A DNA stretch of 60,954 nucleotides, filler included, from Catajapyx aquilonaris (taxonomy: Eukaryota), in assembly GCA_000934665.2 (NCBI GenBank). It is 3 parts of 3 records of this genome, joined end to end, with 100 filler letters (N's around TTAATTAATTAA, not from the genome) between each part and the next. Parts side by side here need not be neighbours in the genome. Positions count along the whole stretch, not along the records: positions 1 to 20,243 come from JYFJ02006308.1; positions 20,344 to 40,574 come from JYFJ02006309.1; 1 more part is not named here. The stretch is one strand, 5' to 3'. Shown here piece by piece: positions 11,826 through 22,703 of the stretch. Under the pieces are notes generated by a model, which was not told where the DNA came from, did not search any database, and saw only the letters and a program-made list of their open reading frames with translations. The position numbers and the translations under genes are program-made. Numbering within the stretch: position 1 is the first letter of the stretch; each line of letters begins with the position of its first letter.

Positions 11826-14195
11826 CTTATGTGACTAGAGGATCAGCTACACTTCAGACCTAAATATGAAATACATATGGTGAAAGGCCTGTGGAATCAA
11901 ATAATAACACCTTCTCCAAACAAATTTCTTGACATTGCAATGATCCTATCTTGCCAAGCCATAGGCTTGACATTGTTTTACAATGGCAATTAAGCACTTG
12001 ACAAATGACTGCTTTCACTTTTGAGCCAGCTGCTTCAAGCCAAATGACATGCATCCAAGGATGTACAGACTTAACATGGCTTCTCATTAACTAGTCCATA
12101 ATCCCATGCTTCCCAACCCTTGTCTTTCATAATCACCTCAACAAGAAATGCCATTTACATTTCGTTACCATGAATTCTAACTATCTGGTGGCTGTTTAAA
12201 AGCTACAACATTTTGCTACAAGGAAAAACTGGTCCAAATAATACAATATTGAAAAAATTCTGTTCAGTTAACTGCTGAACAGTACTCTGGAGAAGCAGTA
12301 CGGTTGAGTAGCTTACAAGAGATGGGTGGTCTATGTAGCCAATGGTGGACATTTGTCGACAAGAGACTGGTTCACGTCAAGAAATACCGTCGCAACTAGG
12401 GGCGGACTTGACACCGCACAACTTCTCGCAGACATTTTCATTTTCGGCGATCGTCCAACAGGGAGCACCACCATCCGCACTACATATTATCAACCCTTTT
12501 CAAAAATGATAATCAAGAGCGTGATCAAGAACAAATATTAAATTTATGAGAACCAAAAAAATATGGACGGTCTAGCAACATGCCTGGCTCTCGGGCTCTC
12601 CGTCTCCGCTGCAGGGTGTGGGTCGGTCGGGGTCGGTGGGGTCGGTGGTGTGGGTCGCGCCAAGGGTCGCGCAGACCTTCAAAATGTGACAACACTGCTC
12701 GGGTCGTCCTTAGCGTAGCAGTTGGTGGCCATGGTGATGTAGTAGCTGTGAAGAATTTCCCTCCGCGTCTGTCCACCCTGCGTGCCCTCCAAATCGGTTG
12801 TGGGCAGCAGGTGGGCAGTCCGGCGGCCTAGACCCTAGAACAGTAGAGTACTCTAGCCTTCGTGGTCCGGCAGTGTGGGCTCGCCAGAGGATACGTGAAA
12901 ACCCTTGCTTCGGACATAGGACATAGCTCCGGACCCACGCGTACAGAGTACAAACTACAGACCCAGGCCTGTATAACACCTCTGAAAAGTTGCGAATTGG
13001 ACTTGCGTTCTGATGCTGGAATTTCTCGTCTGCGTCAGGAAATTTTGTGTCCTCTTTGTTTTAGTAGGCAACACTGTATACTGGACTCGCTGTCAGCCTA
13101 TCCTTGCCTGACGTAATCATTTTGTATGACGTTGCTGCCGTTGGTGAAAAATAGGGCAGCCAGTTGGAAACTAAAAGTTTGAGGGTGTTTACTTATGAAG
13201 AAGTTTCCATACAATCTGACTGCCAACCTGAAAATACACAGGAAAGATAGGAAGTTGGGGTCCGATCTGAAAACCCTCCGACCTGGGCGACAACCTGACT
13301 GTCAGTATGTTGAAAACCAAAAGTATAGCTCACTGGACCTTTGTGGTCGCAACAACTTTCCTGATGTCTGAAAAGAGAGATGGTGGAAGCCGGCTGGACG
13401 CAGTAGTCTTGACTCTGATCGATATGCTCGAAATGAGGTCCTAACCTATATTTTTTAAACCTATGTAAAACATCGTCAGTATTTTAAAATTAATTTTGGG
13501 ATTTTTTTTGTTTAAAGAAATGCAATGCCATTCTCAAGCTATAATCAAATGTATTATCCATTATTACCCATTATTGCTGTGAGTAATGTCACTAAGCAGA
13601 AAAGTTGTATGAGGCAGGGACACTTCCAGGATCTTCACTTGTCATCCGAGCTGCTTTATTCCTTCTTGGGGCTCGGTGCCAGCTCCTGCTACAGGCCACC
13701 CCAGGGCGGACCTGCTTCACTTACTACTCCAGGGAGAGGATGGCAGGAGCCAGAATGCGCCCCTAGGCCATGCCCCCTTTTTGCCATGGCAATTTGAAAG
13801 TGACATTTAAACCCGCAATAATTGAAGAGGCGGATTCCCAAGTCCCTAAAGTCAACTAAAGTGAACATCGAACATGTGGATCCCACGATTTGTGCCGACC
13901 ATGACTGATGGGTCACTCTCTGGTCACAGTTGTCTGGAAGATGACATGGAACTCGCCGATAACCGCCCTGACTTCATCTTTCGTCAGCGTCCTTTGACTC
14001 AAGCTCTTATGGCACACGAAAAAGTCTAAAACCATGATCAGTCATATTGAAAGGCTCTCGTAGGTTTTAATTAGTATTTCAATAGTTAGTGATAATTTCC
14101 ATTGTCGTTAATGTCTCTATACTCTACCAGTCTAGAGTATGACGCTCTTGTTTTTGTTTGTGCATATATTAATTTCCTCTTTTGTTATTTTTCAG

Positions 14196-16447
14196 TGTGA
14201 AGCACAAAAGCCTAGCAGGCACACAATCATGACGAATTATTTATTCTCCAACTGCAAGCTTCTGGATCCAAAAGGAAGTCAAATCGCAACTTGCAGCGAG
14301 AAAAAGGCAAATTGGTATATACAAGTAGAATTTAATAGTGTGACACTAACGTTGTGTTGTTTTCTAATGTATGAGCAGAAAAAAGTAACAGTTAGAGAGT
14401 TGATTAACCCTCTGTCTCCCACTCAATAATGCACTCTTTGGGTGCAGGTTTAAAAATAGCGCCCTAAGTGAAAATCACTGAATCTGGCACCATAGGTTTC
14501 ACTCTCGATTCATGCACAAGAAGGGGCTGAAGCATCTGAGACCTACAAACCTGAGTTGCATCTTGAGATAGCCATATACGGCCTCATATGCTATGCCCGA
14601 GAAGGTGACGTCATCCTATTGCGACATCTACACTGGGTTTTTTTAGGCGGCGTCCACCCGTCAAAAAAATCAGAGATAATTCTATATGATTGCCCAGTCC
14701 CTTTGATGAATTATGAAAACATTAACCCCTTCGGCCCCAGATCGGCCCGAACCACACAGTTTTTGGCTTACGCGTACTCCGAAGATACGGACAAGATATT
14801 TTGCAAATAATAACAGCTATACTTATGAGATCTGGGAAAACCCTATGCATGCGTCTGGAACCATTTTACTCGTCTAGAAGTCCCTAAATTAATTTCCAAA
14901 AAAGGGCTATAATAACTCGAAATTGGACTACTGCCGCCCAACTTTTAGGCTGATTTAATTATGAAATGCGTGAAAATATGCGGAATAACAACCTTGAGAA
15001 CCATGCCAGACGAATTTGCTGGAATCGTCGTACTTTGCGAGAAATAAATTAATATTTATTTGCGGCTTTCTAGCACTTAGGAAAACTCCTAAATGAGTAT
15101 GAGATGAATTTTCTGAAATCGTCATACTTCATGAGAAACAAATAAATTTGGGAGTTTTCCGAAGTACCAGAAAGCCGCAAATAAGAATTAATTTATTTCT
15201 CGCAAAGCACGACGATTTCAGCAAATTCCTCTGGTATGGTTCTCAAAGTTGTTATTCCGCATATTTTCACGCATTTCATAATTAAATCAGCCTAAAAGTT
15301 GGGCGGCAGTAGTCCAATTTCGAGTTATTATAGCCCTTTTTTGGAAATTAATTTAGGGACTTCTAGACGAGTAAAATGGTTCCAGACACATTCATAGGGT
15401 TTTCCCAGATCTCGTAAGTATAGCTGTTATTATTTGCAAAATATCTTGTCCGTATCTTCAGAGTACGCGTAAGCCAAAAACTGTGTGGTTCGGGCCGATC
15501 TGGGGCCGAAGGGGTTAAGGGCCGGGTTCACCAAGCCCTGTTTTCATAAAAACCCAGGTTCTTTCGGAAAATCCCTGCAAATAGAATAGGGATTTTCCGA
15601 AAGAACCGGGGGTTTTATGAAAACCGGGCTTGGTGAAACCGGCCCTATGTGTCTGTTTAAAAATTTTTAAAGGTCCAGTTTAAACGGAGGTAATGTGATT
15701 CACCTTGTGCAACAAAAGGAGGCTCAGGTGGCAAGCGGGCACCACCTAGTGCTCGGAGCAGTCCACTCGGCCAATTAGGAACTAGGACACTTTTTACAAC
15801 CGTAATGGCAGTGGGGAGTTTGCCTACCCTTCACAGATCGTTCTCATTTTTCCCCCGGCAAAAAGTAAGTCACAGAATTTCGGGAAGTTTTTAATGGTTT
15901 TCAGCTGTACATCCACTTACCGGGAAATGTGCAGCAGGGAGCTATGTTTATTTAAATTCGTGCAGTAAATGTTTGTTTACACTGAATGAGACCTTTGGCC
16001 TATGACATCGTACCATTAAAAATATCACGTGAGTGGCATCAATACTCATGAACATAGCCTTAGGTAACTCTTCTAGTTTCTATGGTGAAAGAAATTTCCG
16101 TCTGGGTTATACCAGTGCATTTTTTTTTAAATATTTTGTTTGGTTGCATTTAAATGTAACCAAAATGGCCGTGGGAGACAAAGGGTTAAACCTGAAATTG
16201 GGACAGCACATGAGATTTCAGTACTTCTACTTTGTTTCCATTAGGTATGTTATGAAAAAACTTGGAGAAGTTGTCCAAAGGAACCCTTCGACTGTGAGGT
16301 TGAATTTCACTCCTGCTGGCTATCCAACTGGTGCTTGTGGCCAGTATTACCTTAACCCAAAAGACAACCTGTGCGTGGTGTGTGGTACAACAGAAAAGCT
16401 TGTGAGGAAAAGTACTGTTCCTCATGAGTACAGGAAGCACTTCCCAA
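14196..16447 (+). CDS. EXD2: EXD2-like protein, C-terminal HNH-like region (two exons, partial)
   Basis: Exons 14196-14314 (..MTNYLFSNCKLLDPKGSQIATCSEKKANW) and 16245-16447 (YVMKKLGEVVQRNPSTVRLNFTPAG...QYYLNPKDNLCVVCG...RKSTVPHEYRKHFP) join in frame (TG|G) across a GT-AG intron. They match the EXD2 C-terminal pattern LY.NC....PDG..LCTC..KKA.WY...YYL..KEN.CVVCG...RKNV.PHEYRKHFP. Confidence 0.78.
14726..15514. mobile_element. piggyBac-type palindromic MITE, copy 1 (nested)
   Basis: TTAA-ccccttcggccccagatcgg ... ccgatctggggccgaagggg-TTAA; roughly 350-bp near-perfect inverted arms. Confidence 0.9.
15519..15645. mobile_element. Small hairpin MITE (Harbinger-like termini)
   Basis: gggccgggttcaccaagccc ... 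gggcttggtgaaaccggccc, whole element palindromic. Confidence 0.75.
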
Positions 16448-16507
16448 GTAATGACACTGGAATGAACTCTCTACTCAATGTGCATGTTCATCCACTGTCA
16501 AGAAATT

Positions 16508-16758
16508 GAGGTGTCGGCGGCAAAATCCCCATATGTCCAAAATATTCATTTCCGGGATAAAATAACAGCTGGACAGTGCAGCCATCTAGCTACAGGAACA
16601 TACAATTGTCAACCGGAAAAACCCCATACAACGCCTAAAAATAAATGCTGGAAATATAGAGAGTTTCCATAAAAACCCCTTATGTATCCAAGAAGTTTTT
16701 CGTGTTTTTCTCAAAACTACCTCGATGTGACTTATGGGTTTTTTGCCGCCGACGCCTC
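16508..16758. mobile_element. MITE with GAG..CTC ends and AATT target duplication (Sola-like)
   Basis: AATT-gaggtgtcggcggcaaaa ... ttttgccgccgacgcctc-AATT. Confidence 0.75.
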
Positions 16759-16957
16759 AATTATAGTCAAGCCAAAATGAGGGAAAGCAGAAGGAGTATT
16801 TTGGTGACTCTAGCAAATGAGAGAGCCTGAGTAGTACTGTAAAAGATTTGTATAAGTTGACTGATTGGGATGGTAAAGCAACGAAGGTGGTGAGGCACTG
16901 AATCGACTGAAGTACTATTTCTTCCTTCCCACCAGGTGACGGAGTCAGACTGTAGAG

Positions 16958-17189
16958 CAGGGCTTCACGAACATAATATTTGGGGTTGTAAGGGAGGATA
17001 ACAAATTATTTTTACAAAATTATTCTATCTCTCTGGAAATATATGCCGTAAATGCAACGATGTGGTAATTTAGCAAGTATTGTCATTGACTATCACTCTG
17101 ACAGGGTAGGGTTGAATTGGGAAGTGGGAGTCGCGAATTTTATGAGACGATTTTCTGGGCTCGCCAACGACAAAAATTGGGAAGCACTG
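16958..17189. mobile_element. hAT-type MITE
   Basis: 8-bp TSD ctgtagag (16950-16957, 17190-17197); termini cagggcttc / gaagcactg. Confidence 0.8.
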
Positions 17190-17353
17190 CTGTAGAGTAG
17201 GGGAGACTGGGGCTAGATGGCACACTTTTTACAGGGCAATTCCATTTCGGATCACGCCAGATCCAGAAAAGTTGTCAGGGCTTGGTCTCCGATTATTACG
17301 GATAAATTACTCGAAGTACCGCTGTCGAAATCAAGTGAAACCTTGCATACTGG

Positions 17354-18152
17354 TGTTGTTTCATAAGTCATGATGCATATTTTTATATTCAAAAAAAGGT
17401 AACAGATACAGAGATGACCTCGGCTGAGTTTTGAAGAGCCGTCGATTACAATTTGATATGGCATGTAGATGTCCCCCATATCGCGAAGGGGGGGGGGGGG
17501 GGANGGGAATGGACCCCTCCCCACCCCATCGCCCTGAGACGACCCGAGCCTGACGCACTTGGAGCTGTTGGATGCTGCATGCTGGACACTCGGAGATGGA
17601 CAACACGGGAGCTTGATTTCGAGTGTGGGACAAGTCAGAGCACTATGCTTAGGACTCTGAAAGACTGAAAGGTCTCAGGAAGTTGGCATCCGCACTGGTT
17701 CCTCGCCATCTCTTTGAGGTGCAAAAGTGCCACCATTTTGCCCTCGCTTGGAACTCGATTGCATTGAGAGCGATGGTTTTTTAAAACTGTTTGTGGCGAT
17801 GGATAACACATGGCTCAGGTCATAGTCCTCTGACTTGTCCCACAATCGAAATCAAGCTCCTGTGTTGTCCATCGCTGAGTGTCCAGCATGCAACGTCCAA
17901 CAGCTCCAAGCGCATCAGGCTCGGGCTGTCTTAGGGCGATAGTGCAGTGGGGGGGTCACATTCCCCCTTTGTTTCCCTGCCCCTTGTGCGATATGGGCGA
18001 CATCTGTATGTCCAATATATTGAACATCAGGTCTCAGGAAGATATGGCAGATAAAATTGTAATCGATGGCTTTTCAAAACTCAGCAAAGGTCATCTCTGT
18101 ATGTGTTACCGTTTTTGAATAAATAAATATGCATCATGACTTATGAAACAAC
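17354..18152. repeat. Older, diverged ~300-bp inverted repeat (foldback element)
   Basis: gttgtttcataagtcatgatgcatattt...tgggacaagtcagag versus ctctgacttgtccca...atgcatcatgacttatgaaacaac. Confidence 0.7.
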
Positions 18153-18166
18153 CCATGTAACATATA

Positions 18167-18885
18167 CAGGGTGTCCCTAAATGATTGTCAACATTTGAAA
18201 GTTGCTTAATTTCTATTAGATGCGGTGTGCAATGACAAGACAGACATAGAATGAAAGAGCACATTTGGGAGTTTTTATTGCACACACTAGAAGTGCTCAA
18301 TATGAGCACCTTTCGTCACACAACATGATAGTCCAATTCTCGACACAGGCCAGCATGTCTGATGTGATTGATTCCACAGGAGCAACAATCCTGCGTTTCA
18401 ACTCTCACAAGCTGGTACGAAGACTTGGTCCTTTACATATACCCCGAGGGGAAAAAGTCACATGGGGTGAGGTCGGGAGACCTTGGCGCCCACTGGAGAA
18501 AACCCAGATCTTGCTGACCGGCTGCCCGATCCACCAATCCTTGCCCTTGAAAAGGCATCCCGTCGTCTGAAACTTCTGGAACCACCGTTGAATTATTGTA
18601 GGGAGGAGCGTAACGTCCTCCGTACTGTCGCCGTAAGGCCTGCTGAACAGTAACTACCGAACCAAGCTTTGCAAACTGCAGGACACGGAACGTTTTCTGT
18701 TCGGGAGACACCATTTTGTGGAGTGGCCCTGTGTGCCTCGCGGCAAAGTGCGGAACCAACTTTTCTGTGTGCAATAAAAACTCCCAAATGTGCTCTTTCG
18801 TTCTATGTCTGTCTTGTCATTGCACACAGCATCTAATAGAAATTAAGCAACTTTCAAATGTTGACAATCATTTAGGGACACCCTG
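18167..18885 (-). mobile_element. Tc1/mariner (rosa-like, long TIR) internally deleted element
   Basis: TA-flanked ~120-bp TIRs beginning cagggtgtccctaaatgattgtc. Transposase N-terminus (MVSPEQKTF.VLQFAK..SVVTVQ) is fused to [14 protein letters not shown]. Confidence 0.88.
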
Positions 18886-18887
18886 TA

Positions 18888-19311
18888 CAGGGTGTATCTG
18901 AACTCAGTGCCCCGACGTATATGACTGCTTTCCTAGCCACCAGAGGATCGATTTAAGCATAGGAATCATTATGTTTGGCCGCCGCATTACAGAGATACAC
19001 TCTTTAGCTATTTTTGCCTAATCGCTCCTTCTGACTTTTAAATAGAATATTCTGGTGTAACTAGCCAAAGAGGCCTTACCACCTGTGGGCAACAAACCAA
19101 CAAAGTCCCGCCCCCAGACCTTCCAGAGCCTTCTGACTGGGGGAGGGTTCGATGGGTGGCCTAACCGACAGGATATTTTGTACTACATGTTTGCGGCCAA
19201 TTATCTCAGAAATGCGGCGGCCAAACATAATGATTCCTATACTTAAATCGATCCTCTGGTGGCTAGGAAGGCAGTCATATACGTCGGGGCACTGAGTTCA
19301 GATACACCCTG
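18888..19311. mobile_element. Tc1/mariner-type MITE
   Basis: TA-cagggtgtatctgaactcagtgccccgacg ... cgtcggggcactgagttcagatacaccctg-TA; ~100-bp TIRs. Confidence 0.88.
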
Positions 19312-19747
19312 TATAAATAAGTGAAAGTGTTATTTCAGTTTTTTTGCGTGGAAAAGGAAATAAGCTTTAAATTTTCCAAATTTGATGTCCTCTTGGGTCA
19401 ATCTTATGTATTTAAAAATATTCTAGAAGGTCTGTCCGGGCTAAAAGGCCCAGAAAACATTGATGTTCCAATAGTCAACATGGGTGTTGACTTCAGAGAT
19501 GGTGAATAATTTTTGTACTTACACCTACGTGTAACAATTGTTTCATAACATTTCGAACGCTACCATTGAAATTTAATTATGACATCAGGAACCAATTAGT
19601 CAATACCCAGTGTCGACCTTGGGAACACTAGGGCAAGGTTATTCAACTGACAGCCCATGGTCCACTTCCTGACCACCACAAAATTTTGTCAGGATGCCCA
19701 CGATCCTTGCTTACAACTGCATAATATGAATTAGAAATAATCCTTAA

Positions 19748-20243
19748 CCCCTTCAGCCCCAGATCGGCCCGAACCACACAGATTTCGGCTTACGCGTACT
19801 CCGAAGATACGGACAAGATATTTTGCAAATAATAACAGCTATACTTACGAGATCTGGGAAAACCCTATGAATGTGTCTGGAACCATTTTACTCGTCTAGA
19901 AGTCCCTAAATTAATTTCCAAAAAAGGGCTATAATAACTCGAAATTGGACTACTGCTGCCCAACTTTTAGGCTGATTTAATTATGAAATGCGTGAAAATA
20001 TGCGGAATAACAACCTTGAGAACCATGCCAGACGAATTTGCTGGAATCGTCGTACTTTGCGAGAAATAAATTAATATTTATTTGCGGCTTTCTAGCACTT
20101 AGGAAAACTCCTAAATGAGTATGAGATGAATTTTCTGAAATCGTCGTACTTCATGAGAAACAAATAAATTTGGGAGTTTTCCGAAGTACCAGAAAGCCGC
20201 AAATAAGAATTAATTTATTTCTCGCAAAGCACGACGATTTCAG
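19748..20243. mobile_element. piggyBac-type palindromic MITE, copy 2 (cut by segment end)
   Basis: TTAA then near-identical to 14726-15220. Confidence 0.88.
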
Positions 20244-20343
20244 NNNNNNNNNNNNNNNNNNNNNNNNNNNNNNNNNNNNNNNNNNNNTTAATTAATTAAN
20301 NNNNNNNNNNNNNNNNNNNNNNNNNNNNNNNNNNNNNNNNNNN
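20244..20343. other. Artificial scaffold spacer
   Basis: 44 N + TTAATTAATTAA (stops in all six frames) + 44 N. Confidence 0.95.
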
Positions 20344-21355
20344 TTTGCAAAAGTCCTTTTTTTGTCAAAAGGAAACTTTTCATGACAATCGTTGCTGACT
20401 TTTCAAACTTTCGTCATTTTTGGACCACCCTAATGTACAGCCATGATTTTTTTCAGCAAAATTGGAGATGGTCGAGCAACACTTTGACTCAGTTAAGCTG
20501 GAATGACCCGTATGTGAATGGTTTGTTTTGTCAAAACTCTTGACAGTGGTTTTAATTTCTTTCAAAATGATAATATAGGAAATATAGCAATGTTTAATCA
20601 TCATGAGTCAGTGCCTTGAAAAAAAGAGGTAGGCAGTGACGCATATGTCTCAGCTATAGACATAATTTTCTAAATGTTTTGAAAATATCTTATAATATGA
20701 ATGATATGAAGTTGTTTCAGATTTTTTGCAATCGAGAATAAAATAATAATGAGTTTCAAAAATGAAAATAGGAAATGACATAAATAAGTTTGTGTGCATG
20801 TATGTCCGGAAAGTTTAACTAGATTTGCTATTTTCCATTGTCATTAGTATGGAATCCCATTCGAAGATAAAGCACAATATGTTAATAAAATAATGGTCTC
20901 CCCTGATATTATTTTTACAATTTAATTGCACGCCTTATCCTGACGATTACCATGCTGTGGTCACTTCACTGTAGATAAATACATTACCCATATCTGTAAC
21001 CTTGTTATTTTATTTGACAATGTAAGAAAAGTCTCATCAGTAATCCTTTAGTTGTTGTAGGCTACTTACCACTACGATCGCCTTCCCTCCGAAGAAATGC
21101 GACGGTGTAAAGCTGCACAAATCTCGAAATTTAAATATTAGTCTGTGCGCAACACTTCCTCGACCTGAAAAAGGTTAGGTTTTGATATTCCTATCATTTC
21201 TTTCTTTCTTTGCCTCATGATATACCAACATCTCCTCATCCCTCATATTCCATCAGAAGAACTCAACCTGAACCGTCCTGGTCTACACTTTTTTTTGGGG
21301 CACACCCAGAATGACTATGTCATTTCCTGTGGGGAATAAATTCAGGTAGAAACCA

Positions 21356-21502
21356 GGCTATGTCCTATGTACGGAAGCAACCTCGGAATTATCCTGGGAA
21401 ACCACAGAAAACCACGGTCAGGATCGCCAGCCCAGGGAATCGAACCCAGGACCTCCCGATTAGCAGTCGGACTCCTTAACCACTACACCAACCTGCTTCG
21501 GT
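21356..21502 (-). mobile_element. tRNA-derived SINE, family A copy 2
   Basis: Shares gaacccaggacctcccgattagcagtcgga...ctgcttcggt with copy 1. Confidence 0.8.
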
Positions 21503-21842
21503 ACACTAATAATAATAATTATTAGAAATTAAACCACCAAAAATGTTGCAGTTGTGATTATATTTCAGAGTTTCTTCTACTTCACTCATAAAACATCATT
21601 CAAGTTATTCGCCTTTATGGTTCAAGGCATAAAATAACATCAATTTCAACAACACAGAAGTTAGATAAAATAATTTCAAAAGTTATGGCTAGAATTTAAA
21701 CAAGCACAAGATCAGACACATGTAAGACAACAAAAATACAAACAATATCGCGCAAATATAAAGCAAAATTATTGAAAATATTTGCCATGCTACTCATATT
21801 CATCTCTCACCATCCTAAGCAGTTCTGCTGCAGTTCTGATAT

Positions 21843-22703
21843 TCAATTCTTAGGCGTATTGTCCACAGGATCAGCTGCCGACCTGCCATATCTTCTGATC
21901 TGTCCTCTTGTACGTCCATACAGCGCCTGAATACGGTACCGGTCGTCCCGAGGCAAAACAAAATTCCTCGGAAAGAGTTGGTACGTAGGGAACATCAATG
22001 CTCGTCTGTCTTCAGAATGACCCAGTCCCAAAGAGTGTCCGAACTCGTGTGCAGCCACAAAGAAAATGCTGATCTGATTACCCCTGGAAGGATTGACAGC
22101 CCAGAACTCGTCGTCGTCGAAGTGCGCGTCTCCTCCGATGCCACCGCCAGGAAAGTATGCATGAGCCAGAACTGCTCCTCGACCGTCGAAGGCGTTCCCG
22201 TCAGCATGGGAGCCTCTGGCGAATGTCACCAGAATGTCCGCACGACCGTTGGTCTCGGTGAATCTCAAAGGAGAGTTTTTGGCCCACACGTCAAGGGCGC
22301 GCGACAGTTCACGTCGTAACACGTCGTTCCTGATGCCTCGGACCCTGGTGCCTCGGACCAACCTCCAAGTCAGGTGGGTTTTACCCCATCCGCGACCCAG
22401 ACTGCTGGGACCGTACCTGATCTCGGCTCCTACGTCGGGCATACCGCATCGGGGCTTCTTCATAAAGGTGCGTGTCTTGGCGTCCATGCGTCCAGTGGCA
22501 GGTAATCCCATGAAGGACTGCATCCGACGTAAGGCCTGGCTGATTTTGCTTGGTGTCATCGTAGAGTTGTCTTCTTTGCCCATGTACCCGTACTTGCTGA
22601 GGTACGACATTTCTTCTTCCTTCATGGTCATGGGTTCTGGGAGCGTGGTTGCACCCATTGTAACAATGACCAAGGAAAGGAGCAGAGCTAGCGGGGCGAA
22701 CAT
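21843..22703 (-). CDS. Matrix metalloproteinase (M10A), secreted, minimal domain form, single coding exon, 286 aa
   Basis: Hydrophobic signal peptide, prodomain (YLSKYGYM...ALRRMQSFMGLPATG), cysteine switch PRCGMPD, structural-zinc/calcium loop HADGNAFDG..VLAHAYFPG..GDAHFDDDE.W, catalytic HEFGHSLGLGHS, Met-turn ALMFP, IQALYG, then a short tail and stop. Confidence 0.95.
   Translation of the reverse strand: MFAPLALLLSLVIVTMGATTLPEPMTMKEEEMSYLSKYGYMGKEDNSTMTPSKISQALRRMQSFMGLPATGRMDAKTRTFMKKPRCGMPDVGAEIRYGPSSLGRGWGKTHLTWRLVRGTRVRGIRNDVLRRELSRALDVWAKNSPLRFTETNGRADILVTFARGSHADGNAFDGRGAVLAHAYFPGGGIGGDAHFDDDEFWAVNPSRGNQISIFFVAAHEFGHSLGLGHSEDRRALMFPTYQLFPRNFVLPRDDRYRIQALYGRTRGQIRRYGRSAADPVDNTPKN

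Larger units (their letters stand above)
14408..16185. mobile_element. piggyBac-like non-autonomous element (outer)
   Basis: TTAA-ccctctgtctcccac ... gtgggagacaaaggg-TTAA (14/15 TIR match). Confidence 0.75.

Noticed and set aside
12326..13116. Cluster of short GC-rich ORFs
   Set aside because: No homology signal; more likely the divergent promoter region or repeat.
16245..22703. MMP nested in an EXD2 intron
   Set aside because: The two are separated by an artificial contig spacer and linkage is not supported.
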